Source: Botryllus schlosseri
Taxonomy: Eukaryota
Reading direction: 5' to 3'
DNA: 33,000 bases
NCBI GenBank assembly: GCA_051294905.1
Contig: CM119372.1
Span: 5,208,001-5,241,000 of the forward strand
Shown here: piece by piece, positions 31,888 through 33,000 of the stretch
Numbering within the stretch: the first letter of the stretch is position 1
Layout: each line of letters starts with the position of its first letter
The notes under the pieces: generated by a model
The model's input: only the letters and a program-made list of their open reading frames with translations
Databases searched by the model: none
Told to the model about the DNA's origin: nothing
Made by a program: the position numbers and the translations under genes

Positions 31888-32991
31888 CAGGGGTTGGCAA
31901 ACTACGGCCCGCGGGCCGCATGCGACCCGCGAGAGTCTAAAGAAACTAATAAAAATATTGATAACATGCGTTCTAAAAATCGAATTACAGTAGGGATGTG
32001 ATTAAACCTTTTCTTAGTATATTTAACCATGATAATTCTAAGGCAGTGGTTGTCAAACTGGGGGGCGTGAAGGCATCTGAAGGGGGCGCGAAGCTGAGCT
32101 CAACTGAAATTTTTTTTTGCGCTCCGCGCGATTTCCATCCTATTCATAGTTATTGCTCTGTATTTAGTGTGAATTTCATATTTAAATATCTCCCATCCCA
32201 TCCACAGTCGTAACCTTCCATGCCTTTAAACTATCCGTTAGGTTTGCTAGCTAAGGGGGCGCGAAATCTTTCACCGTCATATGGTGGGGGGCGTGTCTTA
32301 AAAATTTTGAGAACCACTGTTCTGAGGTAAGTTCTTCCTATATTATTTTTATGTTTAATTTCTGACGCCGCAGCCCGATCTCAAGGCCCACGCAGTTTGA
32401 AAGGTTTCAACTGCTAAACATCACAGAAATCCTAAACGACATTGACATATTTCGGATCACGAGTGTGATTTCCGATCGGCCACTCCAGTTTTAATTATTT
32501 CAGTAAAACGATTCGTGCGTGTCTTAGGTGAATTTGTTCTCTGTATGCGTAGAATTAGGGTATTCATATTTTTTCTGCACATAGGCTCGTGGAAGCATGT
32601 TTGAAGCTAACATGGTTATGATGCTGTCAGCATTGTGTGTCCTGCACCTGAACCAAAAGTGGAATTAGTAAATCTATGAACAGATTGCTGCAGACAGATT
32701 AAAATTTCAATCCTGTTCTAAAATCGGGACAGCCGACTTTCATTTCTATAGTTTTGACAAATTGGTTATTGAGGTCGACCAGCCTATGAAATCTCGTCAC
32801 TGTTTCTGGCGCGCATCAAAGCAATGTCTGGTTTGCTTTAAATAGGCATATATATTATCTCCTTGTCCTCACTATTTAATCAAATACCAATTTTGCGTTT
32901 TGGATTATAATCCCTATTTTATATAGTGAGGCCCGCGAATGGATTCAGATGTTGAATGCGGCCTGCGATCTCAAAAGTTTGCCCACCCCTG
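31888..32991. mobile_element. hAT (Charlie/Buster-like) element, 1104 bp, outer member of a nested pair
   Basis: TIR CAGGGGTTGGCAAACT / AGTTTGCCCACCCCTG, perfect TSD ATCTAGAG (31880-31887, 32992-32999; NTCTAGAN-type), and GGCCCGCG subterminal motifs. Confidence 0.9.
32044..32319. mobile_element. Nested hAT MITE (276 bp)
   Basis: Ends CAGTGGTTGTCAAA / TTTGAGAACCACTG; TSD TTCTAAGG (32036-32043) vs TTCTGAGG (32320-32327), 7/8 match; GGGGGCG(C/T)G subterminal repeats. Confidence 0.82.
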
Positions 32992-33000
32992 ATCTAGAGA

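Overview
AT-rich eukaryotic (metazoan) genomic DNA. Most listed ORFs are spurious or are single exons, so genes were rebuilt by hand from splice sites and reading-phase arithmetic. Many 63-79 nt introns and the domain content suggest an invertebrate chordate, probably an ascidian (inference). Three genes were found. Gene A (+, 3270-13801, 20 exons, ~1045 aa) is secreted: signal peptide, ShK, EGF, cbEGF, a catalytically dead trypsin-like domain, 7 TSP1, ShK-like, 4 TSP1, ShK. Gene B (-, 22343-15064, 11 exons, ~638 aa) is secreted: signal peptide, acidic Tyr-rich pro-segment, RRKR furin site, an unrecognised ~220-aa Cys-rich domain, 6 TSP1, ShK. Gene C is the first two coding exons of a COX6A-like cytochrome c oxidase subunit (+, 29087-31274; the last exon lies beyond the window). 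A and B are tail-to-tail and share intron positions and phases in their TSP1-ShK tails while carrying unrelated heads; this is the most interesting signal in the window. Introns and intergenic DNA hold many non-autonomous DNA transposons: several hAT MITEs with 8-bp TSDs (two nested pairs), a long foldback with a 7-bp TSD, a PIF/Harbinger element with a TTA TSD, and an element with telomere-like repeats. Three 3' ends of a CR1/L2-type retroelement are also present. No rRNA, tRNA or CRISPR features are supported.
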